Below, piece after piece: positions 51,114 to 63,059 of a DNA stretch of 64,000 nt; position 1 is the first letter of the stretch; each line of letters opens with the position of its first letter. The stretch lies in NCBI GenBank assembly GCA_965153285.1, contig OZ229111.1; one strand, given 5' to 3'. The notes beneath the pieces are model-generated. The model saw only the letters and a list, made by a program, of their open reading frames with translations. It had not been told where the DNA came from and ran no database searches. Made by a program: the position numbers and the translations under genes. Source of the DNA: Podarcis tiliguerta (lineage: Eukaryota).

Positions 51114-51367
51114 TACAAGGTCCAATGCTCAGAACTGAACTATTACTATATGTACCAGACCATGATAATACCCCGACTTGGCCTTAGTTCCTGGCCCTAC
51201 TGATACTGTATTCTAGCATGTTTAGAATGATTCCCTATTGTTTGTATCAAGGGAGAAGTTATTAGAAGCTCTTACAATGTTACAGCAAATCATTGTTTAC
51301 TTTGTTTTGAATGGATATTGGGCCTTGGCGCAGTTTCAGTTTTGCCTTGTCTCCCTTACTTTGCCAG

Positions 51368-51481
51368 ATGCTCTGTGATGTGGACCGAGTGGCTGCCATG
51401 CGTCTCATCCTGCGTCAACCATCTCCAGTATGGCTGCATTTCACCATTGAGGAGCTGCAGCTTTTCCCTGGGGGTCAGAAG
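51368..51481 (+). CDS. NICN1: NICN1 coding exon 3
   Basis: tgccag|MLCDVDRVAAMRLILRQPSPVWLHFTIEELQ...QK|gtacat. Confidence 0.94.
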
Positions 51482-52331
51482 GTACATACTCAACTCATCC
51501 CCTGTTCTTTCTATAACCATTGTTCTGTGATTGTAATGGCTTGCTCACCATGAATGAAGCCTTCTTTAGAACACAGTCTAGGGTCAGATAACTGGCTAAA
51601 CTCAGGCTCTCAGTGCTTTATTCCCCCTAAAAATGCTAGGTCACACATCTGAACTGGAGAAGATGCTGCACCTAGATCTCTTTGATTCTGAGCTACCAGC
51701 TTCTGCCTTCCTTTTCTAGCCTTCAGCTTCTGTGGAGCCAAGTCTCCTGTTCTCTTCTGCTGCTTGGCCTGAGTTTTATCAGAGTTTCCTGTGTAATTCA
51801 ACTACTGATCACTGAGCTTGCTCTTCTTCACTCTCTCAGGTTAAGATCTCTGCTACCCATTGGCTCCCCCTGCCAATTCATTCTAATTACCATGCTATGA
51901 ATTTCACATCCTTAGTGTGGCTCACCAATGAAACTGCCAGAGCCCCTCATGTACATAATCCATGTTATTAACTCTGCAGTTGCCAGGTTCAATTCTAAAG
52001 CTGATTTCAGAGCAAGCTTTCACCTGTGAAATCCAGATGGGGGAAAACATTATCCTGGACACTGTACCTCTACAGTGAGAATTGCCCCCCCCCCCTTGTC
52101 CCCTGGTAAATAATGCTCCTATGAGAGCTTAAGGTAAATAGATTGTAATAGTTCATGAGAGTGAATTCTACACTTTCCTGTGAACAGTAGAGACAAGTAT
52201 TTATGTCTTTAGGCAGCCTGCTCTGAGAGAGTAAATTGGTGAAGGTAAAAAGGGTAATGTGTGTAAGTGCAACATTCCAGTTGGTAGAGAATCAGAAATG
52301 TTTTGCTCTGCAGCTGGTTTTTATCTTCCAG

Positions 52332-52403
52332 AGTCCACAAAAAGGCTTCCCAGCTTGGCTTTCTCACCCATCTCCTCAGGAGCGGCCAACAAACCTGCGT
52401 GAT
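52332..52403 (+). CDS. NICN1: NICN1 coding exon 4
   Basis: ttccag|SPQKGFPAWLSHPSPQERPTNLRD|gtaagt. Confidence 0.93.
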
Positions 52404-52544
52404 GTAAGTATTGTTGGTGACACTGATTTGCTAATTTGCTGACAGGTTCCTGGCAGGGAATGGCTCTGGGGAGATGTGTTGTTTTATCAACAAAAGCAGT
52501 GGAGAAACTGCTTATATGAATATATAACTATCCTTCACTTTCAG

Positions 52545-52649
52545 GGACTCCCTGATGCTGACAAAGTGTCTTCTGAACTGCAGCAAATGTGGGTTTTGAC
52601 CGAGATGCTCCAAGCCAACCAGCCAGCAGCACGAATTGGCCGTTTTGAT
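52545..52649 (+). CDS. NICN1: NICN1 coding exon 5
   Basis: tttcag|GLPDADKVSSELQQMWVLTEM...ARIGRFD|gttagt. Confidence 0.94.
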
Positions 52650-53177
52650 GTTAGTTTCATATTACTTTTGCTTCTTGTTTGGGGAGTGTGTCCTTCACTG
52701 CAGTCTAGTTAGAACTCACACCCCTATCTTGAAGACTTACTTCAAGTTTACGCTCAGCCTTTGCAGCCCACAGAGCATACACATTAACCTTAGAAGAGCC
52801 CTGCTGGATCAGGCCAAAGGCCCACTATCGTTTCCCTGTTTCTAGCAACAAATCAGGAAAGCTGCAATGAAAGAATTTGGCGGTCACTGTGAAATTTCTG
52901 TTTATCTTGTATCCTTCTTCCTCTAAGAAACTTAAGGATGGCTATCATGAAGTGTTTGTATTTTAACCTGGGGCAATTTGGGCTGCAGCATAGTGACTCC
53001 CCCAAGGTTACCCTGTTGGATGAGTGGAAATTTTAATTCATCTCCCCCTAAGCTCAAGTCTAGCATTTCTGTCCACTGGGGGGAATACAGACTGTGTGGG
53101 AGAAACATACATCCCGTAACATTCCCAATGTGTTGACTCTTTGCTAAAAATAATTCCCTGTACCTCTCTTGTTTCAG

Positions 53178-53219
53178 GTGAATGGCTCCTATGACCTTAA
53201 CCTCCTTTCCTACACTTGA
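53178..53219 (+). CDS. NICN1: NICN1 last coding exon
   Basis: tttcag|VNGSYDLNLLSYT* matches the conserved nicolin C-terminus. Confidence 0.94.
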   Translation: MNGSYDLNLLSYT

Positions 53220-54755
53220 GTTGTCCCAGGACTCAAAGCTGACTAAGTTCCTAAGAGCTGGACTCACTGAGCTGCACCCCCACAGTGTTGGATTGGCTTG
53301 AGGCAGGAAGAAATGATGGACAAAGTCTGTTGCCTTCATGTTCCAGTCCTTCCCTTTTCCGCTGCATGGAGGTGGCCTTTCTGGGAACACTCCAGCTCTA
53401 CTCTGTTCTTCCTGCCAGGTCTTATGTGGAGATTGTTCTCCATTTTGCACTGGACCCTGGAAGACTGCTTTCCCTTGAACTTGAAGGTGCCTTATTTGGG
53501 CTCTTCATCTCCTGGTCCGTTTTTTGGAAGCCCTGCTGTTTGGTGCATGTTTCTTTTGGGGGCAAAATCAAGCAATCTTTCAAGAATCTGGTACTATGAT
53601 GGGGCGGGGCAGGGTGAAGAGAAGAATCCTTCATTTTGGCAAGAGAAATGACTTGCAATGTCTTGAAGCTGACAAGACTGGAGGTTTTACTTTCTCAAAT
53701 TCATGTGTTGGCGTTCCAGAGAGAATGAGAACTCCCTTGTTGCTTCCTCTGCTATGGCTACCTCATTTGCAACCTACACTATGTAATTTAGTCAGTGGGT
53801 GGCAATAAGAAATGCTTCCTGAAGAGTTAGCCCCCACCTCTTTTTTCCTGGAGGGATGTGAGTGGTTTAGTTGTGAATTGTATAGAGCTAGCCCTCAACA
53901 ACCTGTCACTAGCTTCGGCTACAATATTGTAAGGGCCACATTAGAGAAATAGTTTGCCCTAGTGAAATGGCAGTGCCAGACTGTGCTGTGTTGGTTTTTA
54001 GCTGAGTCCTGGAGCACCTTGTCATTTTTTACAGCCACAGCTATAGATATTTCAAGTAGCGAAAATGGTGGAAAAGCCTGAAAAGCCATGTCCTTGACAG
54101 CTCCCTTATTTAAGCTGAGTTGCAACCTGGATTACCAGCTGTCGCCTTTGTATTCTTAAATATTACCATATTAATCTTTCCAACTCATTAGATAACCCTT
54201 GCATGGTTGTAGATGCTCATTTCCAGTCCATGAATTACTATGCTCAAGAATGAGTGTTGAAGGCTGAGGTGAATAAATGATGATGGTAAAAGTCTGGATT
54301 CAGATCCCTGCTCTGTCAAGGAGCTACTAGACTGCCTTTGAACAATCACTTTCTCTCAACAGTACATCTTAAACTGCCTTTCAAAGGGCTGCTATGATGA
54401 TTACAATGAGAATATTCAAACACTTCCCCATACTGACAGGCAGAGATATTTTTTGAACAGAACAGCGCTACGTTGCTTCTTAGCAAGGGTCTCTTCTTGT
54501 GGTATGGGGCACTTCCTGCAGTAATGTCCATGATATGTAGTAGTCTGGTGGACCAAGCTGCAGAACAAAATGAATTAGTGCAGTAGGATGTGTAGCTGAC
54601 TTTTTTTTTTTTTTTAATGCTGGACTTTAAATCTCGGGAACAACCTCTTTTCCATAGCTGTGTAACTTCCTTTCTGTTATTTATTATGAATTATGTATGC
54701 TACTTTATTTATAGCTGGAAAGAGCCACAGTGATCTTCTAACCCATTGCAAGTAT

Positions 54756-55041
54756 AATAAACTTTTACTGAATACAGTGAAAGACCTTTGCAAATGATGT
54801 CAGGAAGCTGCCTTATTGGTACCTCTAGCTCAGTATTGTCTGAGCACCAAAGTCTCTTCAGGGTTTCAGACAAGGATCTTTCTTAGCCTAACTTGGAGAT
54901 GCCCAATTTGGGAGCTTCTGCTTGTAAATAATGTGCTCTGCTACTGAGCTGCAACCCTTACCCATTGCATTAAATCAGGGTTAATGTATTTGAAGTATTT
55001 TTCAATGGATGATTATCCAGGCCAGATGCATCACAAATAAA
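54756..55041 (+). terminator. Candidate NICN1 polyadenylation signals
   Basis: AATAAA at 54756 and 55036 (latter followed by a GT-rich tract); another at 54272. Confidence 0.5.
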
Positions 55042-55899
55042 AGATTGTTGTGTTGTATTGATTGTATGTGCTTTGTGCATTGTACTTGTCAAACCTCTGT
55101 TAAGTTTATTTATGAACCCGTAATAGCATCTAAAATTAGGAGTGCATGGGCCAATGCTCTTTTTCCCACCCTAGATCCTGAGCAACCAAAAGGGGGAGTG
55201 GCAAGTGGAAAGGAGACTAGAAGCAAAGGCCACTGTCTTAATTCTCAATTGAATATGACAGCTGAATATTGATAAAAAAAATTTAAAAAGAAAAGCCAAT
55301 TGCTTCCAAAACCTTCCCTGTTTTAGCAAACATCCCAAATAACCTGCAAAATAAGGGAGGGAAATATCAACACACCTTCTGGTGTTCCAGGCTACTTTGA
55401 TCCTATGTAGTCTGTTTTTTATTCAATCCAACTGATTCATGCATGCTTGCTTAATTGGAAATAAAAAATGCCCTTCCTGATTTAGTAACCATTTTCAGTG
55501 CTATCTTTGCTTTCTATATTCCCTTCTCTTTAAAGTAAAAGTTAAGTATTCTGAAAGACCTGTAATTGGCTATGGTATCCTTTGGATTTTTAAGCAGCTA
55601 ATTATAGTACATCTCATGCACTCATGTTTGTTAACACCACTGTTCCCAAAGCTAATATTGCTATCCTTTCTGTATTGTAGTCTGCTATTGATTCACTTGG
55701 TTAGAGTTACTATCTAGAATGAACCCTAAGCAGCACTAAAGGGTAATTCCCTGCTCCAGTTGTGTGATCTGGGCATCTTCTGTGCGTGTAAAGAATTAAG
55801 GGAAAGAGAGAGCTATCCCTACGTTTTCTGCTGAGAAGCCCTTACCTTGCACCCTTTCAAGACCCTTGTCCATTATGCATACTCCTCAAACTTCCAACT

Positions 55900-56850
55900 G
55901 AAAAAACTGGCTTCAGAAAGGAAGCGGCGTGCGCGTCTCGCCTGGCCCGCACGAGCTTCGGAGACGAGCGCGGTTCATCTTGGGGTCAACAGCGAATCCG
56001 ATCTGCCCGGATGCTTCCCCTGCTTTTCATCTTCGGCTGGGGAGGGCGAGTCCTCTGGTCACTTGCCGCCGGAACGGGACTACATTTCCCAGGCTCCTCC
56101 CCGGGACTTGAGCTCTGGGCCCAGGGGAGGGGAGGAGGGGCTGTCCTTTCCAGCCATGTCGTAGGGGCGCCCGGGAAAATGCTTCGGGCCGGCGTCGGAG
56201 CTGCTGTTCGGCTCGCGGCTCCGGGCTGGGGGTCCCCCGGAGCTGGCGCGCGCGGGAAGCGGGGCTACGCCTCCGGGCAGGTAAGCTGGGGACACCCGCC
56301 TCTCCTCCCACTCGGATGCAGGTGTGCGCTCGGAAGCCCGACAACAGGCGAGCCTTGCGCGGAGTTGGAAGTGGCGGAGCGCGGCTGGCTCGCTCCGGGC
56401 ATCCAGGGAGGCAGGAGGGAAGGGGGCCAGGCGGGGGACTTTGGGTTGGAAGAGTTGCGCTCAGTTTTTCAAACGTTTATGACTGAAACGGGTCAACCGC
56501 ACAACCTGCTTATTGTCACTGTTTTAAAGTCCGGGGGATATCTGAATTGGGCAGTCCCAGAGCATGTGCAGAGTGCATTGCTTTCGCACTAGCTCTCGCG
56601 CATCGGAGATTCCAGGACTAGCGAGGGGTCCGAGGAGGCTGCCTTCCCCAGGCAGGCTTCCTTCCCAGCATCTCCCCGCTTTAGAAAGGGAGCGCTGATC
56701 TTGGCCTGGTTTTTGAGGGGAGACCGGGTGAAATCAAGGGATCTCCTTGGGGGCGGTAAAGGCTGAGGAGTCTCGACAGAGCCCTCCCCCGCCCGCGCAC
56801 CCCTCGCGTCCTTTTGGTTGAGTCGGAGGCAGGCGCAGTTCCCTGGGCAT
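55900..56850 (+). promoter_or_regulatory. AMT CpG-island promoter and first exon region
   Basis: CpG-rich; ACTACATTTCCCAG (ZNF143/THAP11-type) at 56079; CCGGAA ETS core just upstream; NRF1-like GCGTGCGC ~55927. Confidence 0.8.
56179..56280 (+). CDS. AMT: Aminomethyltransferase (glycine cleavage T protein) exon 1, mitochondrial transit peptide
   Basis: aaaATG; MLRAGVGAAVRLAAPGWGSPGAGARGKRGYASGQ (Arg-rich, no acidic residues)|gtaagc. Confidence 0.9.
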
Positions 56851-57742
56851 TCTAATGGCGAGGGGGCAATTTCACAGCGGATGCTTCTAAAGAAAGAGTT
56901 TATACAGTAAGATGCTATTCTCAGCATTAAGCACTTGGGCTGTAGTAGTAGTGGCTTCTCCAACAAAGTTCTTCCCTGGTGCTGACCTAAGAATTTCCTG
57001 TTATGAAATGGGGGGAGGCGGGGCGTGAATGGAGGAAGAAACCTTCCATATGTGGGGGTTGAAATTGGTAGAGTCTCCCCTACTGAACCCCTTGATCAAT
57101 ACGGATAGTGACCGGGAAACAGCAACATTTTGACCCATAATAGGTGCTCACCACAGCCACGGTGGAAGGTAATGGGGAGGGTGTTAAATACCAAATGTGA
57201 TTCCTTTGGAGAACATGGTGACTGTCTCCCAACTATGCAGGCCACAGCTTAGGCAGGTGGGAAAGTGAGACAGGAAAGGCTTTGCAGACCTGCAAGAGGG
57301 GGTTGGGTACAAAGGGCAAGCAGCTTTATTTTCCTCTTGACATTGGACTTCTGATAAAGCACTAAGCAAACAAGCAGTAATCACAAAGGTCAAAGGGAGC
57401 TTAGAGACCAGAGCTACCCCTTGTTCCAACAGGAAAAGTTTGGTCCTTGGGGCTGGCTCTCAGCTAGGAGGTGAGGGTTCCACCCTCCAAGACAGCTGGA
57501 GGTCAGTGTCTAGCCTTTGAGGCCACCCAGGGCTGCACACACCAGGGCTTAATTTAAGCAGAACAGGTATAAGTTGGGGAAGGTCAGGATGTTCTTCCTT
57601 CTGATGCAGCCAGGGTTGGGAATGGCAGTGGGGCGACTGATAATGAGTCCTGGTTGCCCATCTCAAGACTGCTGACCTTTAGATGATCTCAGATGGGTTG
57701 CTGGCACCTGCCAGTCAGAACATGCCTTGCCTTCCTCTGCAG

Positions 57743-57910
57743 GAGAGCCTAAAGCAGACACCTCTCTATGACTTTCACCGGCACCATGGTGGAAAGATGG
57801 TGGCCTTTGCCGGCTGGAGCCTCCCAGTGCAGTATACGCACAGCCACCTGGAGTCCCACCTGCACACCCGCCAGCACTGTTCTCTCTTCGATGTGTCTCA
57901 TATGCTGCAG
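57743..57910 (+). CDS. AMT: AMT exon 2
   Basis: ctgcag|[31 protein letters not shown]...LFDVSHMLQ|gtaatg. Confidence 0.96.
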
Positions 57911-58320
57911 GTAATGCTGGAGGAAGCCAAAGGTCATTGAAGTCCCAGTATTTCCGCTGTGGGGTCATCTTCAGCAGTGGGGCAGTGGTCAGTTTCGAAG
58001 TGCAGGAGCTCACCATGACAGCCCTCCTAGCCCCCCCCCCATAACACACCAAGAGAGTCTGCAGCTAGATCCCCAATGATAGTCCACAAATGTGGGCAGC
58101 TGGGTTGGCATAAAATTCAGTTTTATAAGTATCAGCTGACAATCTGAGATTCGTGAACTGGCAAAGGGTGGTGTGGTAAGAAACATGCTGGACTTTGGCA
58201 GGGGAGACCTAGGTTCACACCCCTGATCAGCCATGAGGTTCACTGGGTGGCCTTGGACCAATCAGTGAGTTAAGCCTACTTAACAAAGGAATTATGCCCC
58301 ATGCTCAATCTGTCCTTTTA

Positions 58321-58544
58321 TAAGGCAACTCCCATTTTAGGCATGACCAATATGTGTGGGATCACGCACACGCACACAGCGCCAAACCCAGAAGTGACCC
58401 AGAAATGTCATAAAAGACGTCACTGAAACATCACTAAAAGGGCAGAATGGGGTGTTTGCAGGCTTTTTCAATGGGTTTCTGATTTCACACAATTTTACAC
58501 AAGCACGCAATGGCCCAGAATGCATAAATGGGGGGTGGCCTGTA
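58321..58544. mobile_element. Tigger-like MITE (degenerate)
   Basis: Left end aggcaactcccatttta vs reverse complement of right end caggccaccccccattta; TA flank. Confidence 0.6.
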
Positions 58545-58823
58545 GTATGTTGGTTAGGATTATGTTTTATTTACGATACACATTTTGTGTGCTTATATCC
58601 TACTATACATTATATCCTACTATACATCACCTTGGGTCCCCTGGGGAGGAAGGGCAATCTAGAAATGTGTCTAAGAAATGGAAAAATAATAAAGCCCAAC
58701 TGTACCGCACCAAAGCAGCAGTTTAGCTGCATGGGAGCGCCAGGCTCAGATGTTTTCTTCAAGTGTGCTGTCCTTGGTCCTGCATAGCACCCTGGTGATG
58801 TGAGGTGACTCTCTCTTTTACAG

Positions 58824-58904
58824 ACTAAAGTGTTTGGCAGAGATCGGATTAAATTCATAGAGAGCCTAGTAGTTGGGGACATAGCAGAGCTGAAGCCTAA
58901 TCAG
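58824..58904 (+). CDS. AMT: AMT exon 3
   Basis: ttacag|[27 protein letters not shown]|gtatgt. Confidence 0.95.
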
Positions 58905-59444
58905 GTATGTTGGAGCCCAATGGGTTACACCCTCGGTGGGACATCTTCGGCCCTCTGGATCTTGTTGAACTCTCATCAGCCCCAGTCGGCATAGCTAAGA
59001 GTCAGGGATGACGGGAGTTGTAGTCCAGGCCAGCACCACAGGATTCCCATTCATTAGGTTGCACACAAGTGTAACACAATGGATGGCATGCTGAATTTGG
59101 ATGTGGGACATCTCACTTCAAATCCACCAACTGGGTGATCTTGGACAAATCGCTGTGGCTCAGTGGGCCACCTTATAGAATGGATGGGAGGGGGAAATGA
59201 TGTAAATAAATATTGCTACTTTTCCTGCACCATTGAGCCATGACAGGACACAGATCTAAGTAAAAGTGATACTTTTACAGGGCTTTTCTATAAGATTGAA
59301 GTGCTTCTTAAATGCATGTAATTCATTGCATGATACCCATGCAAACTGTAATCTAGCACCAGTAAAATACTATTTCCATAGAATGGATGATGGGGTGAGA
59401 TGGAGAGAACCTTGCTTCCTGGGGATAGCTATATAACCATTGTA

Positions 59445-59792
59445 AAAAGGTAAAGGGACCCCTGACCATTAGGTCCAGTCGCGGACGACTCTGGGGTTGC
59501 GGCACTCATCTCGCTTTATTGGCCGAGGGAGCCGGCATACAGCTTCCGGGTCATGTGGCCAGCATGACTAAGCCGCTTTTGGCGAACCAGAGCAGCGCAC
59601 GGAAATGCCGTTTACCTTCCCGCTGGAGCGGTACCTATTTATCTACTTGCACTTTAACGTGCTTTCGAACCTCTAGGTGGGCAGGAGCTGGGTCTGAGCA
59701 ACGGGAGCTCACCCTATCACGGGGATTCGAACCGCCAACCTTCTGATCAGCAAGCCCTAGGCTCTGTGGTTTAACAGTGCCACCTGCGTCCC
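59445..59792 (-). mobile_element. Full-length Sauria SINE in AMT intron 3
   Basis: aaggtaaagggacccct tail to gcgtccc head; perfect 14-bp TSD atataaccattgta. Confidence 0.92.
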
Positions 59793-60036
59793 ATATAACC
59801 ATTGTACTTCCCTTTAAAATAGAAGGGGGGGGGAGAGGATGAGTAGCAGGAGTCGAACACTCAGCATTCAAAACCAAATTATTAAAGGTTCACAAAATGG
59901 CAAGACATTTAAATTGTCTAGCTGCTCTTGTTTGAAAATAATAGAGGTGGTGGCTTTGTGAAAGAGAAGAATGAAGGGATCACTGCAGAAATCACTTTTT
60001 GTAGCGACACACAATTACGTAGGCATGAGGGAGAGA

Positions 60037-60218
60037 ATCATATAATCATTGAGTTGGAAGGGACCCCAAGAGTTATCTCATCCAACCCCCTGCAATGCAG
60101 GAATCTTAGCTAAATCATCCATGACAGATGACCATCCAACCTCTGCTTAAAAACCTCCAGGGAGTCCGTTCCATGGTCTAACAGCTCTTACTGGCAGAAA
60201 GTTATTCTTGATGTTTAG
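60037..60218 (-). mobile_element. CR1 3' fragment
   Basis: gagttggaagggacccc...tccaaccccctgcaatgcaggaatc, same family as 6400 copy; shorter pieces at ~49810 and ~43680. Confidence 0.8.
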
Positions 60219-60437
60219 TTGCTTGTTGCTCACGAGGTCACAGACACTGGCCAATATGGGTTTGCATGTCTTAATACAACTGTATTCCGCATTGCTGTCA
60301 CAAAACAAGGAATGTACTATTCAGAGGGAAATCATTGTGACTCTTTATTATTATTACTGCATCTCTGCCAAAGCCTGGCTTCTGTTACACGGTAGCCACT
60401 CTTGGCAACCAGTAACTGAACTGCGCTTTACTTTCAG

Positions 60438-60569
60438 GGCACTCTGTCTCTGTTCACAAATGAAAGAGGAGGCATCATGGACGACTTGATTGTGACCAGC
60501 ACCTCGGATCAGCACCTCTACGTGGTCTCCAATGCAGGTTGCAGGGACAAGGATTTTGCCCTCATGAAG
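60438..60569 (+). CDS. AMT: AMT exon 4
   Basis: tttcag|[19 protein letters not shown]...LYVVSNAGC...ALMK|gtacgt. Confidence 0.96.
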
Positions 60570-60801
60570 GTACGTGTTTCTCACCATCCAATCCTACAGG
60601 GAATTATTCCTAGATGGGAGGCGGCAGCAGAAACACAGACGATAGTGAGGTAGTTCCAATCCTTTGGGAAACTTGATCTTTGTCCCTTGCTGCAGCTGAT
60701 GCTGGACTCAATGAGAGAGAGAATGGGATGGAAGAGAGGAAGATGCCTTCCCCCACTCCTAAGTGGGTCATGACTTTGCTGCTCTCTGTTTCTGCTTGCA
60801 G

Positions 60802-60880
60802 AACAAGGCGAAGGAAATGAAAGCAGCTGGCTGCGATGTGGACTTGGAAGTGTCAGACAACACTTTGCTTGCTCTGCAAG
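60802..60880 (+). CDS. AMT: AMT exon 5
   Basis: ttgcag|NKAKEMKAAGCDVDLEVSDNTLLALQ(G)|gtaaat. Confidence 0.95.
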
Positions 60881-61064
60881 GTAAATATTATGTACCTGTG
60901 ATAACTGCCCCTACTGTGGGAAGCAGCAGACAAAATACCCAGGCATTTGCCTTAAGGGAATGCACAGAACTGCTGCTTAATTGCTTTGATACAGTAGCAT
61001 CTCCCAGACCAACTAATAGCCCTACTGTTGATCTTCCTGGGACATCTAATCCCATTGTCCAAAG

Positions 61065-61322
61065 CAGGGGTCAGCAACCTTTTTCAGTCGTGGGCCGGTC
61101 CACCGTCCCTCAGACCATGTGGTGGGCCGGAATATATTTTGAAAAATAAATAAATAAAATGAACGAATTCCTATCCCCCACAAACAACCCTGAGATGCAT
61201 TTTAAATAAAAGGGCACATTCTACTCATGTAAAAACATGCTGATTTCTGGACCGTCCGTGGGCCAGATTTAGAAGGCGATTTGGCCGCATCCGGCCCCTG
61301 GGCCTTAGGTTGCCTACCCCTC
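61065..61322. mobile_element. hAT-like MITE in AMT intron 5
   Basis: TIRs CAGGGGTCAGCAACC / GGTTGCCTACCCCT; 8-bp TSD gtccaaag/atccaaag. Confidence 0.85.
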
Positions 61323-62228
61323 ATCCAAAGCCTTCCCCACTTCTACCCCACTTCCCCCCCTTTTTTCCCATCTTTAGGCTCATTGGGGCATTGCAAGGCC
61401 AGCTTGTTGCTAGCTGATGTGGTACTGACTTGCCTAGGGCCTTCGAATATGACAAACCCACTTTCCCCTGTGCTGCTCTGCAGCCGTAAGAGCCCAAGGG
61501 CCCTGCTACATCTGGTAGTCCATCTCATCCAACACCCTGTTCTTACCAGTGGCCCAGCCCAACAGATTAGGATGGCAATAGCCCTTTTCTTTGTCCCCAG
61601 CATCTGATACTCAGAGGGGAGAGGACTGGCCCTATCATTAGGCAGAGTGAGGCAGCTTTCCCAGCAAGCAGATCCTGTGAGGGCAAGGAGCAACAGCAAG
61701 GGGTTAAATGGCAGAGATGTATAGGTACGCCAGGACAAGATAGAGCCCTTCTGCCATTCCATGTGGGGATGGACTCAGGGACCACCTGATTCCTTGTATC
61801 TCTGTCCAGTCCCTAAGGTCTTTAGGGAGTGAGGTGTTACCTTGTCCTTCACCTCAGGCAGCAAGATGTCTTGGGCTGGTCCTGGAAGGAGTATGGACTG
61901 TTACATTTACCTGTTGTGGCTGTTAATGGTAGATCACTCGTCCATGACTTTGCCCTAGTCTTTTTAGAGGCTAAGCTTGTGCCACATCATGTGGCAGTGA
62001 ATTCTATCCTACTGCCACGGTGGCAATGATGTGCCTTGGCTGAGATCAGCAAGGGCAACACCCTCTATGTGCCTGAGCCCACTTCATTCAGCTTGAAATG
62101 CCCAATTCCTTCCTCCATCATTTAACTGAGACTTATTGAACCTCCTTTTTTTTGGGGGGGGGGAGCTTGATGAACTAACACCTCTTCAAACTCCTAGCCA
62201 TTTCCCTTCTTCTTTCTCTTTCCACCAG

Positions 62229-62374
62229 GCCCTGCCATGGCCCGAGTGCTACAGGCTGGGGTGTCAGACAACCTGGCTAAGCTGCCCTTCATGACCAGTG
62301 CAGTGATGAGTGTCTTCGGAGTGCCAGGCTGCAGGGTCACCCGCTGTGGCTACACAGGCGAGGATGGCGTAGAG
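62229..62374 (+). CDS. AMT: AMT exon 6
   Basis: caccag|[11 protein letters not shown]...[15 protein letters not shown]|gtacac. Confidence 0.96.
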
Positions 62375-62391
62375 GTACACGGTCAGGGAAT

Positions 62392-62761
62392 GGGACGGGG
62401 TAGTGCTGTGGTCTAAACCACTGAGCCTCTTGGGCTTGCCGATCAGGAGGTCGGCGGTTTGAATCCTCATGGCGGGGTGTGCTCCCATTGCTCTGTCCCA
62501 GCTCCTGCCAACTTAGCAGTTCAAAAGCACACCAGTGCAAGTAGATAAATAGGTACCGCTGTGGCAGGAAGGTAAACAGCGTTTCTATGCGCTCTGGTTT
62601 CTGTCACAGTGTCCCATTGTGCCAGAAGCGGTTTAGTCATGCTGGCCACATGATCCAGAAAGCTGTCTGTGGGCGAACACTGGCTCCCTCAGCCTGAAAG
62701 CGAGATGTGTGCCACAACCCCATAGTCACCTTTGACTAGACTTGACTGTCCAGGGGTCCTT
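62392..62761 (+). mobile_element. Full-length Sauria SINE in AMT intron 6
   Basis: gggacggggtagtgctgtgg head, ggggtccttt tail; TSD tacac(g/a)gtcaggg. Confidence 0.9.
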
Positions 62762-63059
62762 TACACAGTCAGGGCTTGGCTCAGCTAACCAAAAAGAGGT
62801 GGTGGTAGGAGCAGGAGCACTGATGTTGTGCACTGAGAAGCAAAAAGCTATTTCAGGCTGGGAGGGCAGCGTATTGATGAAGAAGGGGATTATTGAATCA
62901 GGTTGGCTTGGGGGAGAAGGGTGTCAGTCAAGCCTGGACATAGCCTCAGATTGAGCTAGAGTGCAGGATTGGGCCAGGTGACCTGAAGTTGGGAGTGGGG
63001 GTGGGGGGAAGGGTGGCAAAAATCACACTGACCAAATCACTGTGCTCCTCTGTACCCAG

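Noticed and set aside
52932-53808. Cluster of 78-172-aa ORFs around the NICN1 3' end
   Set aside because: Overlap the last exon and 3'UTR; no homology or motifs recognised
56011-56592. 193-aa ORF spanning AMT exon 1
   Set aside because: Only 56179-56280 is supported. The upstream part would bury the transit peptide and the downstream part is intron after a strong CAG|gtaagc donor
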